64,000 bases of DNA, from contig CM082587.2 of assembly GCA_040954595.2 (NCBI GenBank), forward strand, positions 7,429,705 to 7,493,704, in the 5' to 3' direction. Shown here piece by piece: positions 14,396-28,100 of this stretch (positions are counted from its first letter, which is position 1; the number at the start of each line of letters is the position of its first letter). The notes beneath the pieces are model-generated. The model was not told where the DNA came from and searched no databases. It saw only the letters and a list, made by a program, of their open reading frames with translations. The position numbers and the translations under genes were made by a program. This stretch comes from Balanoglossus misakiensis. Its lineage: Eukaryota > Animalia > Hemichordata.

Positions 14396-17300
14396 CTATT
14401 TTTCTTTAGCGATGCGTGCTCTGGCAATGACCTCATACGGACGACACTTGGTAAGAAAGCCTTCGAAATAAGGGCTCAAATTCGGCTTCTCGGTGCCTGG
14501 CGCTGGTAAGAAAGTAAACTGCTGAAACAAGCTGACAAATATCAGAAACAGCTCGTTCTTGGCCAGAACCTCGCCCAAGCACACACGACGCCCCGTAGAG
14601 AACGGTAGGAAGCTTTCTGGTTTGGGTAGAGCCTTGCCATTCCCATCCAAGAATCGTTCTGTGGAGAAAGAAAATATGTTGATTAGTGCACTTCCCCAAA
14701 TTTATGATCAATGGTTTTGATCACCTAAAAATGCCTTGGTATTTTCGCTTATCGACAAATTAAATTGATGGTCTGAATATATAGCATAATTAACAACACA
14801 CTGCCCGTTGTCAGGTAAGATTACCTTATTGTTGTACTATTTGATTTTGACACTGAAATCCACGTACAGTAAAACCAAACACCAAAGGGGCTGAAGAAAT
14901 TGTTTGGTTTGCAGAGTTGCCCGGTTTATAGAGGTTCTTTTAACATCTGGTTCTATCGTCAAATGGGCAGGAACATGTGGTCGGTATAGACATGTTTCCA
15001 GGTTAGACAACGTTCGGTGTAGACAGGTTTGAGTGTACTTCATTACAGGAAACTTGAATAGGCTAAGCTTATGACGAACCTGGGCGGAATTCTTCAGGGT
15101 TTGTCCAGTTTTTTTCACTCATGTGTAAGTGCCATGTATTGATCCAGATCTGGGTTCCTTTCGGTATGTTGAATCCACCTACGTAAAAATACATTTCGCG
15201 TTGTTTAGTCAATGAGTTAACAATGTTAATCATCAGAAAGTACACAAAAAGTTGAATGATGAAAATCTTAAATTTGGACTCAGAGGATCATTGTGTACGT
15301 ACGACCCGTCGAAAATAGTCTCGAGCCAACATCTGGTTTCACACTCTACAAAATATTGTTCCACACACCGGGGTAACAGTGTCGATGTTAACTGCTTACC
15401 ATTATAGTCTCATGAGTATGTTCGTAAATTGTGTGACTCGGACATTTTGACATACGTGTACTTTTTTCTATCATTGGTCTTCGGTGAGTACATTATGAAA
15501 AGTAATGAATGACCAATTGCAAGGCAATGTTCGGGAAACGAATTACAGAAAATGGATGCAGAGGTCTCGTGTTGCTGCACCAGCAGCAACTGCAACTCAA
15601 AATTTAGTACGATTTTTTTACCCTGACTGAATGTGACAACTGTCGTTTGACTTAAAGGGACAAAGCCTCTCTCTCGTTGCCCAAATTCCATTAATTATGT
15701 TTGATACAATACACCGTTTATGTTATTCTACATGTGGATATACAGTAAATCAAGGTTCAACCACACACAACTTCCATCCAACTTGTAGACACGAGAGTGA
15801 AAATATCGCCAAAATTAATAATTGGTCTCCACCACTTATTCATTTTGGCTAGATTTTTGCTCTCATATCCTACAAACGGGATGGAAGTTGTGAGTGGTCG
15901 TACGTTGATTCACTATATATCCACATGTACAATAACATTCACGGTGTCTTGTATCAAACTTAATTAATTGAATTAGGGCAACGAGAGATAGGCTCTTTTA
16001 TCTTCCTGGCAAATTTTGGAGTTATAGCATCAGTTTATTAAGCATTTTACTATGAGATACCGGAACCACAGGCCTCGTAAGAAAGCATGTTGTTCTGGAG
16101 GTTAAAACTCAAAGTCTTTCGAGGAAATAAACGGGTGCTATATCCCTCATGGCCAGGGCAGTTACTACTTGCAAATTCCTCATGAATAATAATGCTAACC
16201 AACTGACGTATCCGTGGTGGTTTCATGGGGCAAGCTTGTTGTTAAAAGCGTCCTTATTCTCATGACTTCGTGTATTGCAGCTACACAGTACGGTAGGTGA
16301 CCCCTGTCAGATAACAATGGCGAACGGTCTCGCCCGATGACGTCATCGATTTCCTCTTGAACTTTCGCTTGCACATCCGGGTAACTGATCAGGTAGGCTA
16401 TGATCCAAGTCAGCGTAAGTGAGGTCGTATCCATTCCAGCTGCATTCAATACAATGACTTGCAAATCGGACATGAAGCAACTGGTAATTTTATATTGTTA
16501 AATCATAGCTGATAGTCTGACGAATATGAACGGTGTAAATCGTGGTTTCGTGTTTTATTTTTAGACCAAAAAAAGATGTACTGTTCCGATTACATGGTTT
16601 TCAAAATAGGTAGGTAGGTCGGGAATTTTTCTTTTTTTGCATTTTTTTATTTCTCTGACTGCCGTAGTGTAGAAGAATGACGTCATGGTTCTTGCGTGAT
16701 ACGCGCGATTTCGTCATATTTCGCGCAATTTTCATAAAATTTGTATATTTGACATCATTATTTTTCTTCCGGGTTTTCGAAACTCTAAAAAGTTTAGGGT
16801 CGGCGGGTTGAAATTAGGGTAGGTCGGGTAATCGGAACAGCACAGTTGTCACTAAAAGGTAATCATCTAAATAGCATGGACAAAAAATGGGGGGGAAATG
16901 TTAATGAAGGTTTGTGCAGCTTAAACTACACGGGTCAAAAAGCCAATTCGGTTAATATGTAAATTACAATTTAATAAATTTAAATGCTTGATTGGGGTTT
17001 GGTTGACTCTCTAGAGGAAAAGGGCTGTAGACTACCTGCAAATATATCAGACACCAATTGACGAATATTCACATCAGTCAACATATCTGCTGCGTCTGCA
17101 CCTGTTGCCTTCTCTTCTCTTTGGATCTTCAAAACATCATCTAAGAGGTCGTGAACTTCCCCTGATCAAAATAAAATGAAAAAAAGTGAATAGAATACGA
17201 TGGTAATGGCGACGATGACGATGATGGTGAAGGAAACGACGACTTAAACCAATTGCAAAATAAGCACAAGGTTTAAATCAATTATACATTACGCATCCCA

Positions 17301-20300
17301 ATCGTTGATGACGGGCTTATCTTTTCCGGTATATTTCATATTAGGCCAAATAAAAAAATATGTGCTGTTCCAATTTCCCAACCTAGCCTTATTTTAGCCC
17401 GCCGACCCTAAACTTTTTAGAGCTTCGTAAACCGGAAGTAAAAATAACGATGTCAAATATACATAATTTATGAAAATTGCGAGAATCACGCAAGAACTAT
17501 GATGTCATTCTACACTACGGCGGCCAAAGATAAAAAAAAATGCAAAATAAGAAAATGTCCCTACCTACCTCCCTTATTTTTGAAAACCATGTAATCGGAA
17601 CAGCACACATTGTTTTATTTGGCCATATAACTTTATTATTTAATTTTCATTTTCCCAAGAAAAGCGCATAGAGATAAACACTGAACCTTTTTCGCCTTTC
17701 CCTTTATGTTCATTGATCTCGGACTGAATCAGTGCCAGCCATGCACCCCATAACCTCTTGAGATCACGCAGGCCCTTAGTCGGTATATACTGGAAGATTG
17801 GGATGTAGTCAGCCAAGAGACCATTCCCAAAACTTTCATCCGTCTTGTTGAGAAGTGTCATGAAGTCTTGAAATCTTGGATCACTGAAGTCATAACTGAA
17901 ACGATAATGACATTTGACAGTGGCATGTTACCTGTTATTTTACACTATGTTAAATAGAGTCACCAATTTAGTCGATAAAAGAAGAAAACTGCTGACTCTG
18001 CATTTTTCACCGATGCTTTGTGTATGGGCAAATATTTTAACGAAATTTATCTCAAAATAAAGCGCGGTGACCACACGATTGTATTTGACAAATAAATTGA
18101 TATTTACCGGACTGAGCTATGCGTAAAATTTCCTGAAAATTACAGTAGTAGAAGTATGCTTTGTAGCAATTATCAATGTAATCCTATGGGGGAAAAGACG
18201 AGTTTTCCGGTTTTGTTCTGTGCGTACATCCGTAACATTTTAGATTGGTGTTAATTTAAGATATAGATCGGCTAGAGTACATTAAATGGTAAGGAATGGT
18301 CGCACTATATATAAGTATAATGTCGGCACGTGTGTTGGATACTATACTCTATCCATATACATACTTCGGCTTCAACACACTTTGAAACATACATAACGCA
18401 AACGGGTGTTGCACTCACTTATACCCAAAACAGATGGAAGCGACCACATTGATGACCAGCAACGACAGTAAAGGCTTTGGGTCAAACGGCTTCCCCTTCT
18501 TCTCGCTGATAACCACTTTAAAACGCGGGAAAATTTCAACCGTAAGTACGCGTTCCAATTTATAACCACTGGCATAGTTCCTAGAAGTAATTACAGATAT
18601 ATCAGTTTAGGAGTTGACCTACTGTTTGATTATTGCTTGGTCAATGGGAAGAAATAGAAAATTAACGGGGGAGTTACAATAGAAATTTTACAATCGGGGA
18701 CCCCGTCTGCCATGGTCAAGCTAATTTGGGTGAAACTGTTTGCATTTTGAGTGTTTTCGAAAAAGTTTGCAGCTACTCTTTTATTGTATTACACTATTTG
18801 ACCTATTCAGTACCATCTATATTACAGTAATCGCCATTAACTTTGTTTACAATATTGACTATTATGCGTATGACTTTCTTCCTTTGATCGAATAAATGAC
18901 TTCAAATTTCTAAATAACACCAACAATTGATTACTTATAACTTGTAGGCGCAATAAATGACACTATTGACATGTTTGAACAATAATGCATGTGAGGTATG
19001 CATAATTAAATTTTCTATATGGAAAACTTATAGATGTTGAAATGAAGACTGTTGATTCATGACCAAAATATTCAGTACGGTTGTGAAAAAATCGACTAGC
19101 CCCTGGCTTACACTTTCTCATACAATCACACTCGTATTTAGCAGCATCATTAAACATTTTAACATTTTTAATACCTTTGCTTACAATATGGCCAGTTATT
19201 GCTATCAAAGGTCGTATAGCCAGCTGCTTACCTGATTGCTTGGTGTCCAATTTTACGCAAAGCCTTCCATTTTGGAGTGAACTTGCCGAACTTGATACCC
19301 TCGCCGTCTTCACTGAGCAAGCTCACTTCAAAACAACATGAAAATTTGAAAATTATAAGTGTCAAGTATCATAAGCTTAGTTTCATTATCAATACCTGTA
19401 GATAGTCTGTAGCAGCCACCACAAGGTAAAAGCAACAGTGGCATTCAAATCCATTCCTCATTTCCACGATGTGATGAAAAATTTCCAAAGTAAGTTTGTA
19501 AAGATGTGATTTATATTCTGAAACGTACAGGAAAACGACCATGGTCTTCCGGCAAAGTCGTTTTGTTTCTTTACCAGGGCTTCTCGGACACATTCGATGT
19601 CATTTAGTACAACAATTCGATGCCTTCCAATTTTTATAGAGAAGATGTCGCCATACTCTTTCGTTAATGCCGAGAGCTTAGTTGCATGGTCTGTAGCCAT
19701 ATCTGAAAAGAAACAAACATGTTTGGGTTAGGAAATCGATGAAGTATTGTCACAGAAGAGGGTGATTTTCTCCCAATGGTAATGTGATGGGGCAGAGTAA
19801 AATATCAGACTAACGTTTCTGATACACGTCATCATGAATTTGTCATTTGCTGTTCTTCAATGTATGTATGTATGTATGTATGTATGTATGTATGTATGTA
19901 TGTATGTATGTATGTATGTATGTATGTATGTATGTATGTATGTATGTATGTATGTATGTATGTATGTATGTATGTATGTATGTATGTATGTATGTATGTA
20001 TGTATGTATGTATGTATGTATGTATGTATGTATGTATGTATGTATGTATGTATGTATGTATGTATGTATGTATGTATGTATGTATGTATGTATGTATGTA
20101 TGCATGCATGCATGCATGCATGCATGTATGTATGTATGTATGTATGTATGTATGTATGTATGTATGTATGTATGTATGTATGTATGTATGTATGTATGTA
20201 TGTATGTATGTATGTATGTACATGTATGTATGTATGTGTGTATGTATGTATGTATGTATGTATGTATGTATGTATGTATGTATGTATGTATGTATGTGTT

Positions 20301-20607
20301 ATTTATCAACCTAATACATTGAAAACATTTTGACAATTTCATATGTTTCTATTTAAAAAAATTGTGATTCTTTAATTTCTAGATCTGCAAATATTTCTAT
20401 AGCATGTGGCATACAAAGACGTGGCTAATTTCACTTACCAAACATGCTGCCGAAAAAAGGTAACCCTCTCGGGCCTGGTGGTAAGTGGACTGGTAGATGC
20501 ATGCTCCATAACGCTGCCAGCACCAATAGCACGATCAATAATATGATTAAACTACTGCTTGGACTGCTGAGTAAATCCTGTAGAACACTGAATGTCTGTG
20601 AAACCAT
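14396..20607 (-). CDS. Cytochrome P450, clan 2 (CYP17/CYP1-like), copy A, 511 aa, 9 exons
   Basis: Exons 20607-20439, 19702-19529, 19325-19232, 18580-18419, 17895-17687, 17161-17036, 16439-16200, 15178-15080, 14658-14396 (1536 nt, in frame). Motifs: N-terminal TM, PPGPRGLP hinge, WKALR, AGMDTT I-helix, EVMR, PERF, heme motif PFSTGRRVCLG. Confidence 0.95.
15652..15995. mobile_element. TTAA-site MITE (Kolobok-like AGG...CCT termini). Relatives at 23742-~23940, 27202-27551 and ~44325-44500
   Basis: Long imperfect TIRs (CTCTCGTTGCCC..ATTAATTATGTTTGATACAA versus its reverse complement). The paralogous empty TTAA site is at 23968-23971. Confidence 0.7.
16564..16844. mobile_element. MITE (Harbinger-like), reverse-oriented copy present only in P450 copy A
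   Basis: TIR core TGTTCCGATTAC...GTAATCGGAACAG. It is an inverted homologue of 17344-17624 and is absent from the matching intron of copy B (~24690-24730). Confidence 0.65.
17344..17624. mobile_element. MITE with GGCC termini after TTA (PIF/Harbinger-like); paralogous copy at 25241-25524
   Basis: ~30-bp TIR GGCCAAATAAAA..TGTGCTGTTCC. Shared by both P450 copies, so it predates the duplication. Confidence 0.7.
19861..20297. repeat. (TATG)n microsatellite, ~437 bp, with an internal (CATG)n block at ~20102-20124
   Basis: Directly visible. Absent from the matching intron 1 of copy B (~28044). Confidence 0.98.
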
Positions 20608-22445
20608 GGCGTCTATTGCTAGTTAGTATAGAATGTAAAGTAACATTGTGTAATTAGTTTATTCTGTTAACAAATATAACATATGATCACACGAGTCTCT
20701 CCTCTGAGGACATGTGATCCACACACCAAATTTGGACTTGATTGACCCCTGTAGTTGTTAGAAGAAGCCATTTTACGATTTTTACAAGTTCCAAAATGGC
20801 AGCCAGGTCACGTGACTTATTGAAATCCAAGGGTTTAGTGCACGACAACTCATTGGCCTTTATCACTGTTTCATGTTTTGAGTCTGATAGCTGTTGCATA
20901 TTGCCAGAATTAGGTTGGAAAAAAAGAGTAATAATCTGAACAACCAGGTTCGAGGAGGAATTGGGTCAAAAGGATTGAGGGGGGGGGGTCCAAATTACTT
21001 GGGTCGAAACGGTCCGAAATCGAATTGACCCCTTCGCGCCTAACCAATCATATCCGAGTCCCCGACGCTGACCTTAAATGACTTGTCGTATTGAGGGAGG
21101 GCAATGACATATGAGCTAAAAGGTCGACGCATTGTCAGCAACATCCAGGGTAACCATGCATGTATAACATGGGAACAATAGGATTGCTTTTGGTTGCTTA
21201 TTCTTCTCCTACTGTTGGACTCCCCCGGGGTGGACTCCCTCCAAAAACTGTACACGTACAACGCTGTGGTAAAACTCTGAACATATCTGTTGAAGTGACA
21301 GTGCGGCAAGTCATAAATGCAGTGCGCTGTAACAATATACATGTAACCCATCAGCAATTACAGGGGCAGTGAGGATTTTGGAGTACAGGTTATACTAAAG
21401 GGTCCCAGGTCCTTCAAGGCCACATATGTACCCCAAACGAATCAGAACAGCTTAAACTTCTACTCTGAAAATGATGGTCCAAATACGTTTTACGGCAACA
21501 GCGTTGGAGAGTGGTTATGACCACTAAACACTAACTTGACCGGGTTTTGACAATGTCAATAGTCCACAATTCAACAGAGAAATTACCGACCTTTTCCTGG
21601 GTTGAGCAGCTGTTAATTGCTACTAATTGAAATCCGGGGTAACTATGACTCACTCTGACAAGGTACAAGGTGTACGTAGCTGTTGGAGTTGTGAATGCTG
21701 TCGGGTGTGCACACCTCGTCTGACCAGCCGTACACAACAACTGATGTTGTAAGCATTCATCGAGTCACGTACACACTAAATGGGTCGACGTACATGTAAC
21801 CTCGCGTAAGGAGTAATTGATATCTGTGGGGTCGCCTCATTTCTGGTTTGTTCAACCCAAACTGTAGTCTATATCTGTATCGATGTTTCAAACCTGGTGT
21901 CCTCCTAACCACACTGTCGTACTATAGGTCTAATTCAACTTTGAAAGTCAAACTGGTATTTTGACCGTTACCTTGCACGGACGGGCTAAAAAGAATTGAT
22001 GCATTTGTGCAAAAGCACATGTACTCGGCTAGAATATAGACCACTATAATAAAACATGTATAAACTTTAAAAATGGTGCGCTACTTTATGTTTATTTCAT
22101 TGAGGGAATGTCGTAAAATGTATTAAAATCGTCTATTGTAGGCGAGAATGGTACAGACATATGCTGTGTTTTGTGGTCATTGCTTGTGTTTGCAGCAAAT
22201 CATAAACTGACATATAATGGAATAATTTTCCTACTGTCCACAAACGATATTCATAACGGGGAAAGTGAAAATATATATTCTGTGACCTTGCTTGATCACC
22301 GCCAATAGAAACTCGTTTACGAGACGCGGGGCAGTTTAGGAATGTGCCATTTTGTGTGACAAAAACAGTAATGTTTATGAAAAGATAATATACATCTCTA
22401 ATATTCATATCGACAAGTTCAAGTAATTGCCATAAAAGTGGTATA

Positions 22446-22606
22446 CAGTCAAACCCTTGTAGTGGTCACCTCTATATAGTGGCCACTTTGTTACAGTCCC
22501 TGTGCAATTCACATGTGCATTAATATACCCCTATATAAATGCCACCTGTCTATAAAGGCCAGTTTAAGAAAGTCCCCTGACTGCCCACTATAGACAGGTT
22601 AGACTG
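22446..22606. mobile_element. Tc1/mariner (pogo/Tigger-like) MITE
   Basis: Starts TA|CAGTCAAACC and ends GGTTAGACTG, with internal repeats of CACCTCTATATA/CACCTGTCTATA. Only its left end survives in copy A (~14220). Confidence 0.55.
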
Positions 22607-22919
22607 TGTACTTTTTACACCCGACGAAAGAAAGTACATTACAATGCCAAATTTGTTATAGTATTTTGATACCCACTTCGATATATATAAAGAATAAGAA
22701 ATGATTTACCTATAACTTCCCAGCTCCTGTATTACCTTGATCGCTACATCGAAAGAGGAAATATGTTACCATTACATGTGTACATCTTTCAGCTTATAAC
22801 TAATATAAGTAGCTATGAAAATTGGCAATAGTGTCGACTTTAAGACGTAGCATAATACCAATACAACTTGTATGCTCATCGTGTTATTCATGTCTTCTTG
22901 GTGTCACAAATGTTTGAGA

Positions 22920-25091
22920 CTATTTAACTTTAGCGATGCGTGCTCTGGCAATGACCTCATACGGACGACACTTGGTAAGAAGGCCTTCGAAATAAGGGCT
23001 CAAATTCGGCTTCTCGGTGCCTGGCGCTGGTAAGAAAGTAAACTTCTGAAACAAGCTGACAAATATCAGAAACAGCTCGTTCTTGGCCAGTACCTCGCCC
23101 AAGCACACACGACGCCCCGTAGAGAACGGTAGGAAGCTTTCTGGTTTGGGTAGAGCCTTGCCGTTCCCATCCAAGAATCGTTCTATGGAGAAAGAAAATA
23201 TGTTGATTAGTGCACTTCCCAAAATTTATGATCAATGGTTTTGATCACCTAAAATGCATTGGTATTTTCGCTTATCGACAAATTAAATTGATGGTCTGAA
23301 TATATAGAATAATTAACAACACACTGCCCGTTGTCAGGTAAGATTACCTTATTGTTGTACCATTTGATTTGTGACACTGAAATCCACGTACAGTAAAACC
23401 AAACACCAAAGGGGCTGAAGAAATTGTTTGGTTTGCAGAGGTGTCCGGTTTATAGAGGTTCTTTTAACATTTGGTTCTATCATCAAATGGGCAGGAACAT
23501 GTGGTCGGTATAGACATGTTTCCTGATTAGACAGAGTTCGGCGTAGACAGGTTTGAGTGTACTTCATTACAGGAAACTCGAATAGGCTAAGCTTATCACG
23601 AACCTGGGCGGAATTCTTCAGGGTTTGTCCAGTGTCTTTCGCTCATGTGTAAGTGCCATAGATTGACCCAGATCTGGGTTCCTTTCGGTATGTTGTATCC
23701 ACCTACGTAAAAAATACATTTCGCGTCGTTTAGTCAATGAGTTAAAGGTACAAAGTCTTACTATCGTTGCCCCTTTTCCATTAATTATGTTTGATTCAAT
23801 ACACCGTTTATGTTATTCTACATGTGGATATATAGTGAATCAACGTACGACCACACACACCTTTCACGGTCGCTTGTAGACACATGAGTGTAAAAAAAAA
23901 CTCGCAAAAAATGATCAGTCTCTACCATTTCTTCATTTGGGACTGACTGTGACAACTGTCGTTTGACTTAACGTTTATCGAAATTAAAACGCATTGAAAT
24001 GATGCAGATGTCACAGATGAAAACAACACGGTTCGCCTGTGGAATTTCTGCTTAACAGCACCAACATAAGGTGTGTTATAAAACACATACTTCCTGGCAA
24101 ATTTTGGACTTATAGCATCAGTTTATTAAACCTATTACTGTGAGATACCACAGGTCTCGTTACACAGCATGTTGTTCTGGTTAAAACTCACAGTCCCTCG
24201 GGGGAAATAAACGGGTGCTATATCCCTCATGGCCAGGGCAGTTACTACTTGCAAATTCCTCATGAAAAATAATGCTAACCAACTGATGTATCCTTGTTGG
24301 TTTCATGGGGCAAGCTTGTTGGTACAACCGTCCTTATTCTCATGACTTCGTGTATGGCAGCTTCACAGTACGGTAGCTGGCCCCTGTCAGATAACAATGG
24401 CGAACGGTCTCGCCCGATGACGTCATCGATTTCCTCTTGAACTTTCACTTGCACATCCGGGTAACTGATCATGTAGGCCATGATCCAAGTCAGCGAATGT
24501 GCGGTCGTGTCCATTCCAGCTGCATTCAATACAATAACATGCAAATCGGACATGAAGCAACTGGTAATTTTAAATGTTCATATACAAATCTTCATGACAA
24601 CTACAACTTTACCTCAGTCTGCAACTAAGTTTATATAGCTAAATCATGGCTGATAGTCTGACGGATATGAACGGTGTAAATCGTGTGTTATTTTTATGTG
24701 TTGCAAGGGAGAGAACACTTTATTTGTAGTCACTAAAGGTCGTTAGTAATCATCTAAATAGCATGGACAGAAAATGAGGGAAAACATGTTAATGAAGGTT
24801 TGTGTAGCTTATACAGGGGTCAAAAAGCCAAGTCGGTTAATATATGTAAATTACAATTTAGTAAATTTGAATGCTTTATTGGAGCTGTAGACTACCTGCA
24901 AATATTTCAGACACCAATTGGCGAATATTCACATCAGTCAACTTATCTGCGTCGTCTGCACCCGCTGCCTTCTCTTCTCTTTGGATCTTCAAAACATCAT
25001 CCAAGAGGTCATGAACTTCCCCTGATCAAAATAAAACGAAAAATTGTGAATAGAATACGATGGTAATGACGACGACGGTGACGACGACGGC

Positions 25092-25122
<31 letters not shown>

Positions 25123-28100
25123 GCGACGAAAACGACCAATTGCAAAATAAGCACAAGGTTTAAATCAATAATTATACATTTCGCATCCCCCATCGTTGAT
25201 GACGGGCTTATATTTTCCCGTATAAAATTATGTTTTATTAGGCCAAATAACGAAATATGTGCTGTTCCGATTACCCGACCTACCCTAATTTTAGCCCGCC
25301 GACCCTAAACTTTTTAGAGCTTCGTATACCGGAAGTAAAAATAACGTTGTCAAATATGCAAAATTTATGAAAATTGAGAGAATCACGCAATAACTATGAC
25401 ATCATTCTTCTACACTACGGCGGCCAAAGGTATAAAGAAATGGCAAAATAACAAAATGTCCCTACATACCTCCCCTATTTTTGAAAACCATGTAATCGGA
25501 ACAGCACACATTTTTTTATTTGGCTTTATGACTATATTATTTAATTTTCATTTTCCCGAGAAATGTGCATAGAAATAAACACTGAACGAACCTTCTTCGC
25601 CTTTCCTTTTATGATCATTGATCTCGGACTGAATCAGTGCCAGCCATTTACCCCATAACCTCTTGAGATTACGTAGACCCTTAGTCGGTATATACTGGAA
25701 GATTGGGATGTAGTCAGCCAAGAGACCATTCCCAAAACTTTCATCCGCCTTGTTGAGAAGTGTCATGAAGTCTCGAAATCTTGGATCACTGAAGTCATAA
25801 CTGAAACGATAATGACATGTGACAGTGGCATGTAATTTGTTTTGCGTGTCTATTGCAGTTTCTTGTTCCCAGAATGTAGCTTATCAGCACAACATCTATG
25901 TGTATAGTCACCATAGCTATTGTGTAAAATTTTGAATTCAAGTTCAGTCAGCTGTCAACAATAACAATGGTTGTTACACAGTCACGTACACAGGCTAAGT
26001 ACTGGGTATATTTGCATGCTGTTTGAAGTAAAGCAAGAAATTGCATTTGATACACAGAACCAAAATACTGGAAATAAAGCCAAAAGATACAGCCAAGTAC
26101 GGGCGTTGCAAATCAAGGCTTTAAACCAGTTCTTATATTTCGCCCACGTACAGCAATCCCCTCGTTGATTCTATAGCTGAGAAAACCTATACTGCAGTGA
26201 TTTTTTAATGAAAACAACCCGTTGGACACCATATTTTAAAACAAATTCAAACCCACTTCTCACACACTTTACCAAAGTATTCAAATGTTATGGGGACTCG
26301 TTTTTTAAATTAAAGATCTATAGATCCTTATTCACGCGATTCAAACATTGCCGGCCGGGGGCGGCTAGGCATCATATCAATAATATCGAAACAACGACAA
26401 AAGGTTTGGTTATCGGGACAGAGTTAACATTTTAGATCGGTATCAATTAAAGATATATATTGGCTAGAGTACATAAATGGTTCGCACTGTATGCCAGTAT
26501 AATGTCGGCACGTATGTTGAATACTACTGTATCGATATACTAGTATACTTCGGCTTCACACTTTGAAACATACAGAACGCAAACGGGTGTTGCACTCACT
26601 TATGTCCAAAACAGATGGAAGCTACCACATTGACGACTAGCAGCGTCAGTAAAGGCCTTGGATCAAACGCCTTGCCCTTCTTCTAGCTGATAACCACTTC
26701 AAAACGCGGGAACGCTTCAACTGTAAGTACGCGTTCCAATTTATAACCACTGGCATAGTTCCTATAAGCAATGACAGTATCGGTTTAGGAGTTGACCTAC
26801 TGTTTGATTATTGCTTGGTCAATGGGAAGCAATGGCACAAGGGGGCGTTAATTTCACAATCGGGGACCCCGTCAGCCATGGTTAATTGCTCCTTAAGTTT
26901 TACGAGTCAAGCTTTGGGTGAAACTTATATTATCTGGATTTCTTTAAAACCAGAATATGCCCAGAGTTTTAAACATTTTTCATGCCTTTGCTTTCAATAT
27001 GGCCGGTTATTGCTATCAAAGGTCGTATAGCCAGCTGATTACCTGATTGCTTGGTGTCCAATTTTACGCAAAGCCTTCCATTTTGGAGTGAACTTGCCGA
27101 ACTTGATACCCTCGCCGTCTTCGCTGAGCAAGCTCACTTCAAAACAACATGAAATTTTGAAAAATTATTAGTATAAGGTATCATATATTAGCTTAGTTTC
27201 ATTAAAGGGACAAAATCTCTCTCACCTGCGCCATTTCCCATTAATTATGTTTGATACAAGACAGCGTTTATCTTATTCAACATGTCCATAGTGAATCAAC
27301 GTTCGACAACACTCAACTTCCATCCCGTTTGTAGGACATGAGAGTAAAAATGTCGCCGAAATGAATAAACGGTAAACACCGATTATTCAATTTGGCGAGT
27401 TTTTAACTCTCGTTTCTACAAGTGGGATAGAAATTGAATGTGTATGGTCGAACGTTGGTCCACTATATATCCACACGTACATAACATTAACGGTGTCTAG
27501 TATCAAACATAATTAACGGTAAATGGCGCAGGTGAGAGAGACTTTGTCCCTTCCAATAATCGATTCCTGTACTGTAGATAACCTATAGAAGCTACCACAT
27601 GCATGGGAAAAGCAACACTGATATTCCAACCCATTGCACATTTGTACGGTGAGATGAACAATTTCCAATGTTAGTTTGATTTAAGACATTTTGTAAAGAT
27701 GTGATTTATATTCTGAAACGTACAGGAAAACGACCATGGTCTTCCGGCATAGTCGTTTTGTTTCTTCACCAGTGCTTCTCGGACACATTCGATGTCATTT
27801 AGTACAACAATTCGCTCTCTTCCAATTTTTATGGAGAAGATGTCGCCATACTCTTTCGTTAATGCCGAGAGCTTAGTTGCAGGGTCTGTAGCCATATCTG
27901 AAAAGAAACAAACATGTTTGGTTTAGGAAATCGTTGAATTTTGTCACAGAAGAAGGTGATTTTCTCCCAATGGTAATGTGTTGGGGCAGAGTAAAATATC
28001 AGACTAACGTTTCTGATACACGTCATCATGAATCAGTCATTTGTTTTTTTTTGACAATTTCATATGTTTCTATTTAAAAGAAATTGTGATTCTTCAATTT

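Noticed and set aside
19832-20342. MYVC/HTYI repeat ORFs
   Set aside because: Translations of the (TATG)n microsatellite.
20806-20815. GTCACGTGAC upstream of both P450s as a specific regulatory site
   Set aside because: It sits in sequence that looks like a common interspersed repeat, and its presence in both copies is explained by the duplication.
25060-25308. Poly-Met ORF
   Set aside because: Intronic (GAT/GAC)n microsatellite.
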